A DNA stretch of 64,000 bases from Bdellovibrionales bacterium (GCA_965219545.1 CBDCNX010000022.1:474-64473); one strand, 5' to 3'. Shown: positions 52,171-64,000, counted from the first letter of the stretch. Notes: generated by a model not told the origin, from the letters alone. Numbers and translations: made by a program.

Positions 52171-53028
52171 ATGAAGCCTGAAGTTGAAGCTGAAAATCTT
52201 TTAGAGGAATTAGGAATAAACTGTTTTCCCATTCAAGCATATAAAATCATCGATGACCTGCAAATTTCAAGAATTGAACGCCCATTTACCAGTATTGAAG
52301 GGTGCTTTATTTTTGATCCTTGTGGGCAAAAAACTTTTATAAGTGTCAACTCTAAGATCAGAGAAAAAGGAAGAAAAAATTTTACATATGCCCATGAGCT
52401 TGGACATATGTGTTTGGACGCATTTTCAAAAATTGTCAATAGTTGTCAGAAAGATGACATTTATATTATTAGAACTAAAACTATCAATCAATGCGAGATA
52501 AACGCCAATACATTTGCAAGTCATTTACTGCTTCCTGATTTTTTAATAAAAGATAACATTAAAAATTTCGATCCATGTTGGAAAAAAATTTCTGAAATGG
52601 CTGAACAAACAGAAACATCTTTAATAACAATGGCCAGTCGTTTTGTTGAACTTAATCAGAATATATGTCTATTGGCTGTTATTTTTCAGAATAAAGTTAT
52701 TAAATACTTTAGAAAATCGCAAAATTGGAACCTATATTTTGATATGAATAGTCGAATTGTCACACCTTCAACTTACGCATACAAAGCTTGTAATCAAGAA
52801 AACATTCCAGACGATTTTCAAAGTGTTCCTGCGGATACTTGGCTGTCTGACAAGAGAATACCCCATGATGCAGAAATTTTGGAATGGTCTTTACCATTGA
52901 ATTCTTATGGAAGTGTATTAACTCTTCTTTGGGATAATAAAAATCTTCTGGAAGAATTTGAAGATGAAGAGGATTATTATAATGATAATAACAAAATAGG
53001 AGGAGTATGGAGTCCTCCAAATTTTTAA
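52171..53028 (+). CDS. ImmA/IrrE family metallopeptidase (CapP-like)
   Basis: RKNFTYAHELGH, EINANTFASHLLLP, then HTH-like and GAF-like C-terminal regions. Confidence 0.9.
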   Translation: MKPEVEAENLLEELGINCFPIQAYKIIDDLQISRIERPFTSIEGCFIFDPCGQKTFISVNSKIREKGRKNFTYAHELGHMCLDAFSKIVNSCQKDDIYIIRTKTINQCEINANTFASHLLLPDFLIKDNIKNFDPCWKKISEMAEQTETSLITMASRFVELNQNICLLAVIFQNKVIKYFRKSQNWNLYFDMNSRIVTPSTYAYKACNQENIPDDFQSVPADTWLSDKRIPHDAEILEWSLPLNSYGSVLTLLWDNKNLLEEFEDEEDYYNDNNKIGGVWSPPNF

Positions 53029-53188
53029 AAAGAATATTACTAGGAAGAAAGGCTAACTTTGCAACCAAATGCCCTCTGCGACTTACTTCTTCTCCTAGTT
53101 GTCTAATATTGCTTTATCATTTCATTTATAATATTTCCTGAACTCACAGCCGAATAGTCCATTGATACTCAAAGAACAAGGTGGCACA

Positions 53189-56068
<2,880 letters not shown>

Positions 56069-56076
56069 AATGAAAT

Positions 56077-57978
56077 TTAGGGAGTTTCTTTATCTTGAGA
56101 GTTTTTAGTTTCCCTTAAAACAGACAAAATAAGCAATATATGAATAATATGAATAGCAGTTCTTTGATTAAGAAAAGTAGAAGGGAAATGTCCATGACAA
56201 ATATTATTCCTAAGATTTAATCCCCGTTTATCAGTTAAGAGAACTCTAAAAAAGGTTGATACATCCTCACCTGATTCTCTAAAACTTTTGATAAATCTTT
56301 CATCTATAAGCAAACCCCCCAGAGGTTTCAACTGAAAGCCTCTCTCTTTAAAATTTCCAGGAGATTGATAAATTTCCCCTCCTGCTACAGATATTAAGTT
56401 TCTTATCGCTGATTCAATTTGAGGTATCAGTACAAAACAACTGGCAATATAGTTTTTATTAAAATAAGCAATCAAACCTTCTTTTATAATTTGATGATTC
56501 TCCTCTGGGAAAACAAGCGATTTAAAAAGATGTTCTGAAAGAGTGTTTGCACTTAAAGATTTATTTTTTTCAAGATGATCTAATCCTAACCTGATCCAAG
56601 GAAGTAGCCATTGTATTGACCGAGATATGTTTTGAATAATGTGTCCTTCCAAGTCATCTTCTATAGAACCAATTTCAGCAATTTTCCTTCCTGTATAATC
56701 CATAATAGAACTTGGAAGAAAACACAAAAGAGGATGTTCTTTTGCCGTTTTAAGAACTGTATCTTTGGCTTGTTTCTTGTTGGGAATAAAAGACACTGCT
56801 ATATCATTTAATGCTTCAGAAAGACTTTTTCTATCAAGCTCATTGAGATAATTATCAATTTCTTTTTTTGGAATTTCAATGGGTGTTTCTATTTTTCTAA
56901 GACGTTTCAAATCTTCTTTCTGACCGGATCGTATGTCAGATTCCAATTTCTTTGCTTTGTCAGACAAACCATATTGAAATAAAATTTTTCTAACTCTTTC
57001 TAAACAAATACTTCCTGCACCCATTACAAGATTGTTTTCGATCCCCCACAAAGAAGAATCCCTGAATATCAATAAAACCCTTTTCATGTTTTTTGTATCA
57101 TTTTTACTCTTATAATAAGGAACTAATTTTGTAATAATACATTCAGCAGAATTGAGATCAAAAGTTTTTGGATTTTTATCAGAAAAAGTTTTTAATTTTC
57201 TTTCAAGCTCTTTTATAATTGCTTCTTCTTGTTCTTTTGTTAATTGAACTTTATGAGATAAATCTTTTTCTCTAATCAGCAAATCAAATGAATATCCCCA
57301 TGTTCTAGGTCTGTCGTCTTTGGAGTAACCATCTTCATATTTAATAATAGCATCACGAACAGATGCAATCCTCTTTTGGTCATTGAGAGCAACAACCAAC
57401 CTTAAACATCTTTCAAATTTATTTTGCAAAAAAGGATAACCCTCTAAATCAGTTAATTTAATTATAGAATCAATAAATTTATGGGCAGATGATATGTTTG
57501 GTCTTTCATTTTTTATCTTTTGTGAAAAACCCCATACGAGGCCAGCATAACGACACTGTAAGGTTGGACTATCTTCTGTTTCATCAGAGCGTTTTTCCCA
57601 ATAATTTATCATTTTAAGAGTGATATGTTCAATATCTGGATAAGAAAAAGCAATACTTCCTTTTTTATCTTGACCAGACCACAGTGGTCCATAATGCAAG
57701 CCTTCCCATTCCTTTGAATCAGACTTTTCATTTCTTTCTCTAAGAGCAAAGGCTGTTTCTTCATAGAAAAATTCAGAACCTAATGGGAATTTATTATCTT
57801 TAAAGTTTTGTTTAAAGTCACAAATTTTTTCATAAATCTGCCGCTCTATATCTGTTTCTTTTGTTAAATGCTTTGTATTTTTAAATTCATTTAGAACTGA
57901 ATATAATTCTTTCAAAATGACAGTCTTCATTTCTTCTTTCTCTTGTGAAAAATTTTCTACTTCTCTCATGTTATCCAT
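56077..57978 (-). CDS. DUF4209-like protein with C-terminal HEPN-type motif
   Basis: LIPQIESAIR...GLNLRNNICHG (RxxxxH); long helical N-terminus; AT-rich. Confidence 0.7.
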   Translation of the reverse strand: MDNMREVENFSQEKEEMKTVILKELYSVLNEFKNTKHLTKETDIERQIYEKICDFKQNFKDNKFPLGSEFFYEETAFALRERNEKSDSKEWEGLHYGPLWSGQDKKGSIAFSYPDIEHITLKMINYWEKRSDETEDSPTLQCRYAGLVWGFSQKIKNERPNISSAHKFIDSIIKLTDLEGYPFLQNKFERCLRLVVALNDQKRIASVRDAIIKYEDGYSKDDRPRTWGYSFDLLIREKDLSHKVQLTKEQEEAIIKELERKLKTFSDKNPKTFDLNSAECIITKLVPYYKSKNDTKNMKRVLLIFRDSSLWGIENNLVMGAGSICLERVRKILFQYGLSDKAKKLESDIRSGQKEDLKRLRKIETPIEIPKKEIDNYLNELDRKSLSEALNDIAVSFIPNKKQAKDTVLKTAKEHPLLCFLPSSIMDYTGRKIAEIGSIEDDLEGHIIQNISRSIQWLLPWIRLGLDHLEKNKSLSANTLSEHLFKSLVFPEENHQIIKEGLIAYFNKNYIASCFVLIPQIESAIRNLISVAGGEIYQSPGNFKERGFQLKPLGGLLIDERFIKSFRESGEDVSTFFRVLLTDKRGLNLRNNICHGHFPSTFLNQRTAIHIIHILLILSVLRETKNSQDKETP

Positions 57979-58257
57979 AAACTTCTATCCGTATAATTCT
58001 CATTATTGTTTTTAGTCAAGGTTTCTTTGAAATTTTCTTTAAATCTTGCCTTTCATTTGGAGTCTTTTGTTTAATTTTTCCATTTTTCTTTTTTTAGATC
58101 CCAAATTTCAAAAGTCAGACAAGATTCGGATATTTTTTTCTCCTTTTATGTCTCTTTATCAGTCTGTTCTATCTGTTTTCCAATAAATCACTTTTTAATT
58201 GTGGTCTTGTGATTGCATAAGGCTTCTTTGCCTTGTTGTTGTCCTTGCTTTCAGCCC

Positions 58258-58432
58258 TGCGGAGCGTCCCCTTTCCTTGCCCTCAATTCTCATGCCTTGC
58301 GGTCCTCTGGACACTTCAGGCACTCAAATTGCTGCTTTGCTTGGCGGGCAAGGGGTCCGCACCACAGCTTCCAGTAGGCTTTTCCTTCCTCAGGGGGGAA
58401 GGCTCTGGGTGAGCCCCCCTGAGGGGAAAAGC
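58258..58432 (+). promoter_or_regulatory. two large GC-rich stem-loops, candidate single-stranded (Frpo/ssi-like) promoter
   Basis: tgcgga..ccttgccc..caatt..tgcct / aggca..aattg..gggcaagg..tccgca; gcttttcc..cctcagggggg / cccccctgaggggaaaagc; directly upstream of an AAGGAGG RBS. Confidence 0.5.
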
Positions 58433-58459
58433 TCTTAACAACAATAAAGGAGGAATAAG

Positions 58460-58687
58460 ATGCAAACAAACAAAAACATCGAAAAAGTGAGATTTATCAA
58501 AAAATCAAACTCTCTGATGATTATCACACCCCAGGGAGAAAACTACTTCCTGAATCTCAATCTGGCTCTTTTCACTGCCGGAATCCCCTACACAAAAAAG
58601 AACGGGGAAAAGGTCACTAAAGAACAGATTTTAGAGATGAAAGCCAGGGGTAAAGAGAAATACCAGGAAGCCCTCAACGAGAACTAA
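58460..58687 (+). CDS. small hypothetical protein (leading-region-like)
   Basis: strong AAGGAGG RBS, 75 aa. Confidence 0.7.
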   Translation: MQTNKNIEKVRFIKKSNSLMIITPQGENYFLNLNLALFTAGIPYTKKNGEKVTKEQILEMKARGKEKYQEALNEN

Positions 58688-58756
58688 AAACCATTTCGGA
58701 CCCGGTTCCCTGTGAATCAGGACGCTGGGTCCTTTTACTAAAAAGGAGAAATTATC

Positions 58757-59266
58757 ATGAATATTTATGATGCCATTAAAATTTTAGGAATCACCGATTC
58801 AGAGGAAATCACACAAGAGGATGTTAAGAAAGCCTACAGACAAGCCTCAAAAAAATACCACCCTGATTGTAACCCTTCAGGTGATGAGATGATGAAACTT
58901 GTCAATGAGGCCAACTCTGTCCTTGAAGATGCCAGGTATCCCATTTCTGTCAACTCTGATGATAACTATGACTATGGCTCTGAAATCAATTCAGCCCTTA
59001 ACGCTATAAACAACCTTCAGGGTTTATTTATAGAGGTCTGCGGGGCCTGGGTGTGGGTTTCAGGTGAGACAAAAGTCCATAAGGGTATATTAAAATCCCA
59101 GGGGTTTCTGTTCTCAGGCAATAAAAAGATGTGGTATTTCCGGCCCAAATCAAAAAAGCATTTTTTCAGGGGAAAGAGTGAGTATTCCATTGATGAAATA
59201 AGAAATAAGTACGGAACTCAGAAAGTCAAAAATCAAAAACCCTATGCTTTAAAGGCCCACGTTTGA
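58757..59266 (+). CDS. J-domain (DnaJ-like) protein of mobile-element type
   Basis: VKKAYRQASKKYHPD; C-terminal IEVCGAWVWVSG...KKMWY. Confidence 0.85.
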   Translation: MNIYDAIKILGITDSEEITQEDVKKAYRQASKKYHPDCNPSGDEMMKLVNEANSVLEDARYPISVNSDDNYDYGSEINSALNAINNLQGLFIEVCGAWVWVSGETKVHKGILKSQGFLFSGNKKMWYFRPKSKKHFFRGKSEYSIDEIRNKYGTQKVKNQKPYALKAHV

Positions 59267-59281
59267 GTGGGTCTTTTTTTT
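59251..59281 (+). terminator. probable intrinsic terminator
   Basis: aaaggcccac-gtttga-gtgggtcttt hairpin followed by a T tract. Confidence 0.55.
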
Positions 59282-59317
59282 AAAAAAGATCATTTATTTT
59301 GAAAGGAGATAAAGATT

Positions 59318-59824
59318 ATGGAAGACAATCAAATCAACAAATTTGTAAAAAACCTTGAATCTCATTTTTTTGGCTATACTGCCAAGGAAAACAAACTCAA
59401 AAATGACAGTGGTCTGGAGTTTATATTTCAATGTTCATGGAATGGAAAGACGACAGTCAGTGGCCTTGGTGGGAAAAGTTGTCATAGCATTGGTTGTTCT
59501 TTTACAAAACCCCTTGAGAAAATTGCAAGGGATGTAAAATGTCGTCTTTTGCCTATCTACAGAAATGATTTTTTTGAATATAAGAAGGAACAGAACCAAC
59601 TCAAGGAAAAAGAGATTTTTGACAGGAAAAAACTTGCAGCCCTGGCCCAGACTTCTGGCGGTAAGATAAGGACCCAATATGCCAACCACTGGGGAAAAGA
59701 CAAATATGTCCTTTTCAAAAACGGGTCAATTGAACAGACCTATAGTGGCAAATATAAAATCAAAGTTGAGGCTGGTTTTGGAGAGGCTTTAAGGATTGTT
59801 TCGTTTTTAAAAGAGATCAGTTAA
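59318..59824 (+). CDS. hypothetical protein
   Basis: AAGGAG RBS, 168-aa ORF. Confidence 0.7.
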   Translation: MEDNQINKFVKNLESHFFGYTAKENKLKNDSGLEFIFQCSWNGKTTVSGLGGKSCHSIGCSFTKPLEKIARDVKCRLLPIYRNDFFEYKKEQNQLKEKEIFDRKKLAALAQTSGGKIRTQYANHWGKDKYVLFKNGSIEQTYSGKYKIKVEAGFGEALRIVSFLKEIS

Positions 59825-60588
59825 TGTCTTTTAACTTCACCCAGTTTCCTTCATGGTTCTCAACTGACCAGAATGTTTTACCACTCTCTTGTGTTCCCGT
59901 AATGGCTTTTGTTGCACCGCTAGGAGATGTGTAAGGTTTATTTTTGTATTTAATCTCTCCTGATTTAAGCCATATCGCCTTATAACTTTGCCTGTGTGCC
60001 CATCCTGTTTTTTTGTATTTTGCTCTCAACAATTTGTCTTTTCCAAAGGGGTTTTTTAAGCTTGGTTCTCTTTTAATTTTTTTCTTACTTGCTTTTCTTA
60101 CAATTTTTTTTCTTTTTCAGATGTTTTGTTTCCTTTAACAATTCTTTTTCTATTTTCATCATCTATTTTTTTTATAGCTTTATCAATACGTTTTTTCATT
60201 TCATTGTCTATTCTTAGTGGTTGTTTACTGTTCCCTTTAGGGTTTACTATAGAGATAAGAGCATCTTCTAAAGCATAGATATGATCCTCATTTTCAGTAA
60301 AAAAAATGGAAAAGCGAACCCATTTTTTGCTGTGCCGATCTTTAAAATGTTGCTTCAATCGTTCAGCAATTTTCGAGGCACTTGCCCTATATAATAAGGT
60401 TCCTCTTTTTTATCATAAAGAACATAAACTCCATGCTTATTTCTTATCTCTTCAGTAATAATATCTTTATATTTTGGATTAAATATGTCCGAATTGATTT
60501 TTTCAAGTTTTTGAGTAAATATTTTTTTTGAATTTCTCATGCTGTCCTTAACCTCCATTTTAAAAACCAACTTCCTGATTTTCCACAT
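59817..60588 (-). CDS. GIY-YIG nuclease fused to a RAMA-like domain (three ORF pieces, two frameshifts in A runs)
   Basis: HGVYVLY...YYIGQ...ERLKQH...LEDALI...NPKGN; then LRAKYK...YTSPSGATKAITG...SGKTFW. Confidence 0.7.
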
Positions 60589-60996
60589 AGATCATCTTTG
60601 GTGGAATGAAGTGATCTTAAATATTTATCATCCAATTTATCTTTAAGATAATATTTTTTCTCAATCCTCAAACACTTTTTCACATACTCACATTGAAAAT
60701 CTTTATTGGAACGCACCTCTTTCTTGGTCCTTTTGATCTTTTCTGTTGATTCAATGTTGATGAAACAGGAATCAGGTTTTCCATGTCATTACCTTTTCTT
60801 TACCGAAAACCGGATATTTATTTATCCTTACCGGAATTTGGACGGAAAAACACCTGAAATCAAGCTGAAAAGGGCTTTATTGCCCTTATCCTTTTGGCAC
60901 CTCTCTTGCTTACTCTTTTCGCCGTTGCTTAAATTTCCAGCAGAGTTTGATTTTCGGAAATTTCAGACTCAATCCGTTTTTGATCGGGAGGCAAAG

Positions 60997-61212
60997 ATGA
61001 AAAAAATAAATTCTGTTCATAAAGTGAGTTGTAAGAAAATAAAACCCCATCAATCTGGTGAGTCTGAAGACAAATCCGTAAGGGTAAAAAAGGCTGTTTT
61101 GGGAATTATTGAAGACATCAGTATTGAAAATGGAAGTTTCAAGGTTTTTGTTCACAACGGAAACCCCGGAGAACGTATTGAAATACAAAACAAGGTTTTA
61201 ATGAATATATAA
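60997..61212 (+). CDS. small hypothetical protein
   Basis: GGGAGG RBS before ATG; 71 aa. Confidence 0.5.
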   Translation: MKKINSVHKVSCKKIKPHQSGESEDKSVRVKKAVLGIIEDISIENGSFKVFVHNGNPGERIEIQNKVLMNI

Positions 61213-61374
61213 AATATAAAGTTAAGAAAGCCTACCTGGGAAAGGCCCCAGGCGGCCATCATCAATTAGAGACGAGACAACCTATAGCCATGGACTCTCC
61301 TCTCACTTGAGGCAAAAGAGACAAACCCTTTCTCTTAATGGGTTTTCCTTGTGCCTTTTGAGGAGGAGATCATT

Positions 61375-61782
61375 ATGGAATCTCAAACAATTACAAGCCA
61401 AGCCCCCTGGCTTGATAAAAAGGGGCAGTTAGTCAGTGACAGTCAGTTAAAAATCATTTCCCGGTCATGGGACAGGGACACCTGGGAGAAATACCTCTCA
61501 TCCCTTGAAACCCCCGGAAAAGAGATTCTGATCCGTCCGAGAAATTACAACAGACTCCGGGAACGGCATCACATTTATGAGAATTTTCCGGGTTTTTCCA
61601 TCACCTCCGGGAAGCTCAAAAACGCACTGCATCGACTGACAAAAAAGCAGCAAAAAATAATTTTTTTATTTTTTTTTGAGGGACTTTCTCATCGAAAAAT
61701 CGCCCTGAGAATGAATATATCGCACTCTTGCGTCTTAAAAATGAAACACCGTGCATTAAAATCTCTGAAAAAACTCATTTAG
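61375..61782 (+). CDS. sigma-70 region 4 domain protein
   Basis: LTKKQQKIIFLFFFEGLSHRKIALRMNIS...HRALKSLK. Confidence 0.8.
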   Translation: MESQTITSQAPWLDKKGQLVSDSQLKIISRSWDRDTWEKYLSSLETPGKEILIRPRNYNRLRERHHIYENFPGFSITSGKLKNALHRLTKKQQKIIFLFFFEGLSHRKIALRMNISHSCVLKMKHRALKSLKKLI

Positions 61783-61850
61783 GGGGGTCCCATTTTCAAC
61801 AGTATATGAAGGGGTCTTTTTTTAAAAAGCCTTCTTTGAAGGGAGGACCA

Positions 61851-62090
61851 ATGCGAAAAAAAAGCTCTTTGGAGATTAGGAGAAAAAGAAGACTTCGGAG
61901 ATTGAAGTCTTCCCTTCTCCCCTCTCTTTCAAGAGACCAGAGAAGGATTATTTACCTTCGTTTCTGGGAGAGTTGCACCATTGAGGAGATTTCAGAGGAA
62001 ATGAAACTTTCCTGGGATGAGGTGGATCAGATCATTGAATCAACGCTTATCCAGTTGAGAAACCAATTGGAACAATTTGAAACTGATTGA
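61851..62090 (+). CDS. sigma-70 region 4 domain protein
   Basis: LSRDQRRIIYLRFWESCTIEEISEEM...LR; GGAGG RBS. Confidence 0.75.
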   Translation: MRKKSSLEIRRKRRLRRLKSSLLPSLSRDQRRIIYLRFWESCTIEEISEEMKLSWDEVDQIIESTLIQLRNQLEQFETD

Positions 62091-62139
62091 AATAAAAAGA
62101 AACAAAATAATTTTCCAAACTTTTAAAGGAGGTTTTTTT

Positions 62140-62514
62140 ATGGAAAACACAAACCAAAACCAGTTTGACTACTTTCAGGTCTTTACGGGTTCTTTTGATC
62201 CCGACGGAGGGGTAAAAAGGGAAAAGTCCGTTGGCTATGCCTCAATGAGGCAGGGGCATAATATGTACAGCCTTAAATTCTGGACCTTTCCCAATGAAAA
62301 ATACTACCTGCTCCCGTCAAGGCATAATCCCATGAAGCTTTCCATTATGACAAGGCAGGAGAAAAGTCCCCACAGCATAACGAAAACCAGGGGAAAGTAT
62401 GACTGGAGAATTGTTGGAAACGCTGACGTTTGTGAAGAAAAGGGTTTTGCGATACTGGAGTTTGATCTTCTCTCAAAACCCATTTTCATGAGTATGAAAC
62501 AAGACCATGAGTGA
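62140..62514 (+). CDS. hypothetical protein
   Basis: AAGGAGG RBS; 124-aa beta-rich ORF. Confidence 0.7.
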   Translation: MENTNQNQFDYFQVFTGSFDPDGGVKREKSVGYASMRQGHNMYSLKFWTFPNEKYYLLPSRHNPMKLSIMTRQEKSPHSITKTRGKYDWRIVGNADVCEEKGFAILEFDLLSKPIFMSMKQDHE

Positions 62515-62666
62515 CTCAAACCGATTTTGAGTCCTTGTTTTGGTTTTCAGGCTCTTCCCTCAAAAGGAAAGGCAAGGGTCAAGGGGTCATTAAAAACCGG
62601 TTTGATCGGTTTTAAAAAAGGCCATCCATCTTTTATCCTGGGGGGAGAGTCGTTGAAAACCATAAG

Positions 62667-62738
62667 TGTACTGATTGCATTTGAATTTTCATGGAATTTC
62701 TTTACGGAAAAAGCATGAAAAACAAATGGTCTTTAGTA
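62667..62738 (-). repeat. family A MITE-like repeat inside the ICE, upstream of the pilin gene
   Basis: reverse complement aligns over 72 bp with 23379-23450. Confidence 0.8.
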
Positions 62739-62782
62739 AGAAAAACAAAATAATTTTTTAACACAAAACAGAAAGGAGACTT

Positions 62783-63076
62783 ATGAAACGAAAAACTTAT
62801 AAAAAAATATTTATTATTGTTTTTTTTCTAGCCACCTGCACTTTACTCCCGGATATGGCCCAGGCAAGCCTTGAGTCAAGCCTTGTGGGGCTTAAAAGCA
62901 GACTGACAGGGATCATCCTCCCTTTACTGGCAGTGATTGGGATAGCTATAGCAGCCATCTCATTTTTCACAGGGAACAATAATGCAAAACAACATCTCAG
63001 CTATGCGGTGATTGGTTGCGTTTTTGGTTTTGGGAGCCAGGCCATTGTGGATTTTATTTCACAGACAGTCAGGTAG
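62783..63076 (+). CDS. TrbC/VirB2 family conjugal pilin
   Basis: signal ending PDMAQA, two hydrophobic helices, FGFGSQAIV. Confidence 0.8.
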   Translation: MKRKTYKKIFIIVFFLATCTLLPDMAQASLESSLVGLKSRLTGIILPLLAVIGIAIAAISFFTGNNNAKQHLSYAVIGCVFGFGSQAIVDFISQTVR

Positions 63077-63096
63077 AAAGACAGAAGGGGGAGAGA

Positions 63097-63516
63097 ATGA
63101 GTATGGAAGGAAATGAACTTGTCCCCGGAAGTGGATCCACTTCCGGGGGATCTGTCCTAATGGGGCTTATCACCTCATCAGTGCCAAGGAGTCTTGACAA
63201 TAAAAACAGGCTCTTTGGTTTTGAACTGCCGGACTTGCTGTTTATTTTTATGAATCTGGCCCTTACAAACCTGTTTTTTGGATCATCCTCTTTGAGGTAT
63301 CCACTTGTCTGGGGATCGACAGTCTTTTTTGCTCTGTTTCTGTATTTTATGAAAAAAGACAAGCCGGACAATTATATTCAACATTTGGGAGAGTACATTG
63401 TTCAACCCACAGTCCGGTTTGCAGGAAAGTCTGATCTTAAATACAGGCCCTTTGTAAGAGAGAAAAGAAATAAGCCATACAGAGAGAGTGAACAGAAAAA
63501 TGGGGTGAAGCTATGA
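63097..63516 (+). CDS. VirB3/TraL-like T4SS membrane protein
   Basis: VPRSLDNKNRLFGFELPD, two TM helices, KPDNYI; between the pilin and ATPase genes. Confidence 0.65.
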   Translation: MSMEGNELVPGSGSTSGGSVLMGLITSSVPRSLDNKNRLFGFELPDLLFIFMNLALTNLFFGSSSLRYPLVWGSTVFFALFLYFMKKDKPDNYIQHLGEYIVQPTVRFAGKSDLKYRPFVREKRNKPYRESEQKNGVKL

Positions 63517-64000
63517 ACGGGAGTAAAAACAAAAAATCACAGTCTTTGGCTGAAGAGCTTCCCTATTGGGAGTTTTTCAAAGACCCACTACCCCATGTTG
63601 TTTTGAGTGACTCATCCATTGTCTGCGGTTTTGAGACTGAAACGCTGGACATAGAGTGTCTTGATGACAATGAAGTGAATAACTTTACAGTTTCCATGAG
63701 AAATTGTTTAAATTCAATTTCTGAAGGTTCTTACTTACAGTTTTTCCTTGATGTGGATTCTGATTATACAGAGATTATTAAAAAGCATCAGGCTTTGAGG
63801 ACAAAAAATGAAAATATTGATCCACTGATCCTGAATATTGCAAAATCAAGGGACGAGGTTTTTTACCAGGATATTGAGAACGGAAGGCTCTACAGACCGA
63901 GACTGAAAGTATTTTTGAGGCGTGAGTGTGAAACTCTAAAAAAGAACTCCATTTTTAAAAGTGAGAAGGATTTTACTGAAATCAGAAAAATTCAATATGA
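63513..64000 (+). CDS. VirB4/TraC-like conjugation ATPase, N-terminal part (truncated by window end)
   Basis: ATGA-coupled ORF SLAEELPYWEF...GFETETLDIEC...LNSISEGSYLQF, open to the window end. Confidence 0.65.
   Translation, partial: MNGSKNKKSQSLAEELPYWEFFKDPLPHVVLSDSSIVCGFETETLDIECLDDNEVNNFTVSMRNCLNSISEGSYLQFFLDVDSDYTEIIKKHQALRTKNENIDPLILNIAKSRDEVFYQDIENGRLYRPRLKVFLRRECETLKKNSIFKSEKDFTEIRKIQY

Noticed and set aside
49961-53028. CBASS operon
   Set aside because: No CD-NTase, effector or JAB gene is recognisable.
58199-58438. 79-aa ORF over the hairpin region
   Set aside because: No RBS, atypical composition; better explained as structured non-coding DNA.

Overview
AT-rich bacterial chromosomal window; the gene content suggests a Bdellovibrionota/Oligoflexia-like organism (inference). 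Positions 1-43.7 kb hold housekeeping and secreted-hydrolase genes: two S9 peptidases, an S41 protease, a trypsin-like lipoprotein, hbd, icmF, an acyl-CoA dehydrogenase, MltD, S2P-scpA-scpB, pyrC, yhhQ, apaG and monomeric icd. They are interspersed with small accessory islets and at least two MITE-like repeat families. From tRNA-Asp (43754-43830) to the window end lies a probable integrative conjugative element (ICE). Its type I R-M locus has cargo between hsdS and hsdR, followed by a DUF4209/HEPN-like gene, a leading-region-like block with large hairpins, a split GIY-YIG-RAMA nuclease, two sigma-region-4 genes and the start of a VirB2/VirB3/VirB4 T4SS operon. The best candidate for a new system is the cargo inside the R-M locus. 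An XRE-HTH plus ImmA/IrrE (CapH/CapP-like) pair sits divergent from an operon of [tandem YegP/DUF1508 protein with a Gly-containing C-terminal tail]-[E2/UBC-like]-[E1/ThiF]. A convergent papain-like cysteine peptidase next to it is split by IS66. This looks like a ubiquitination-like pathway in which a non-beta-grasp protein occupies the ubiquitin slot. Many genes carry single-base frameshifts in homopolymers, probably sequencing errors. Family assignments come from motif recognition by eye, not database searches.
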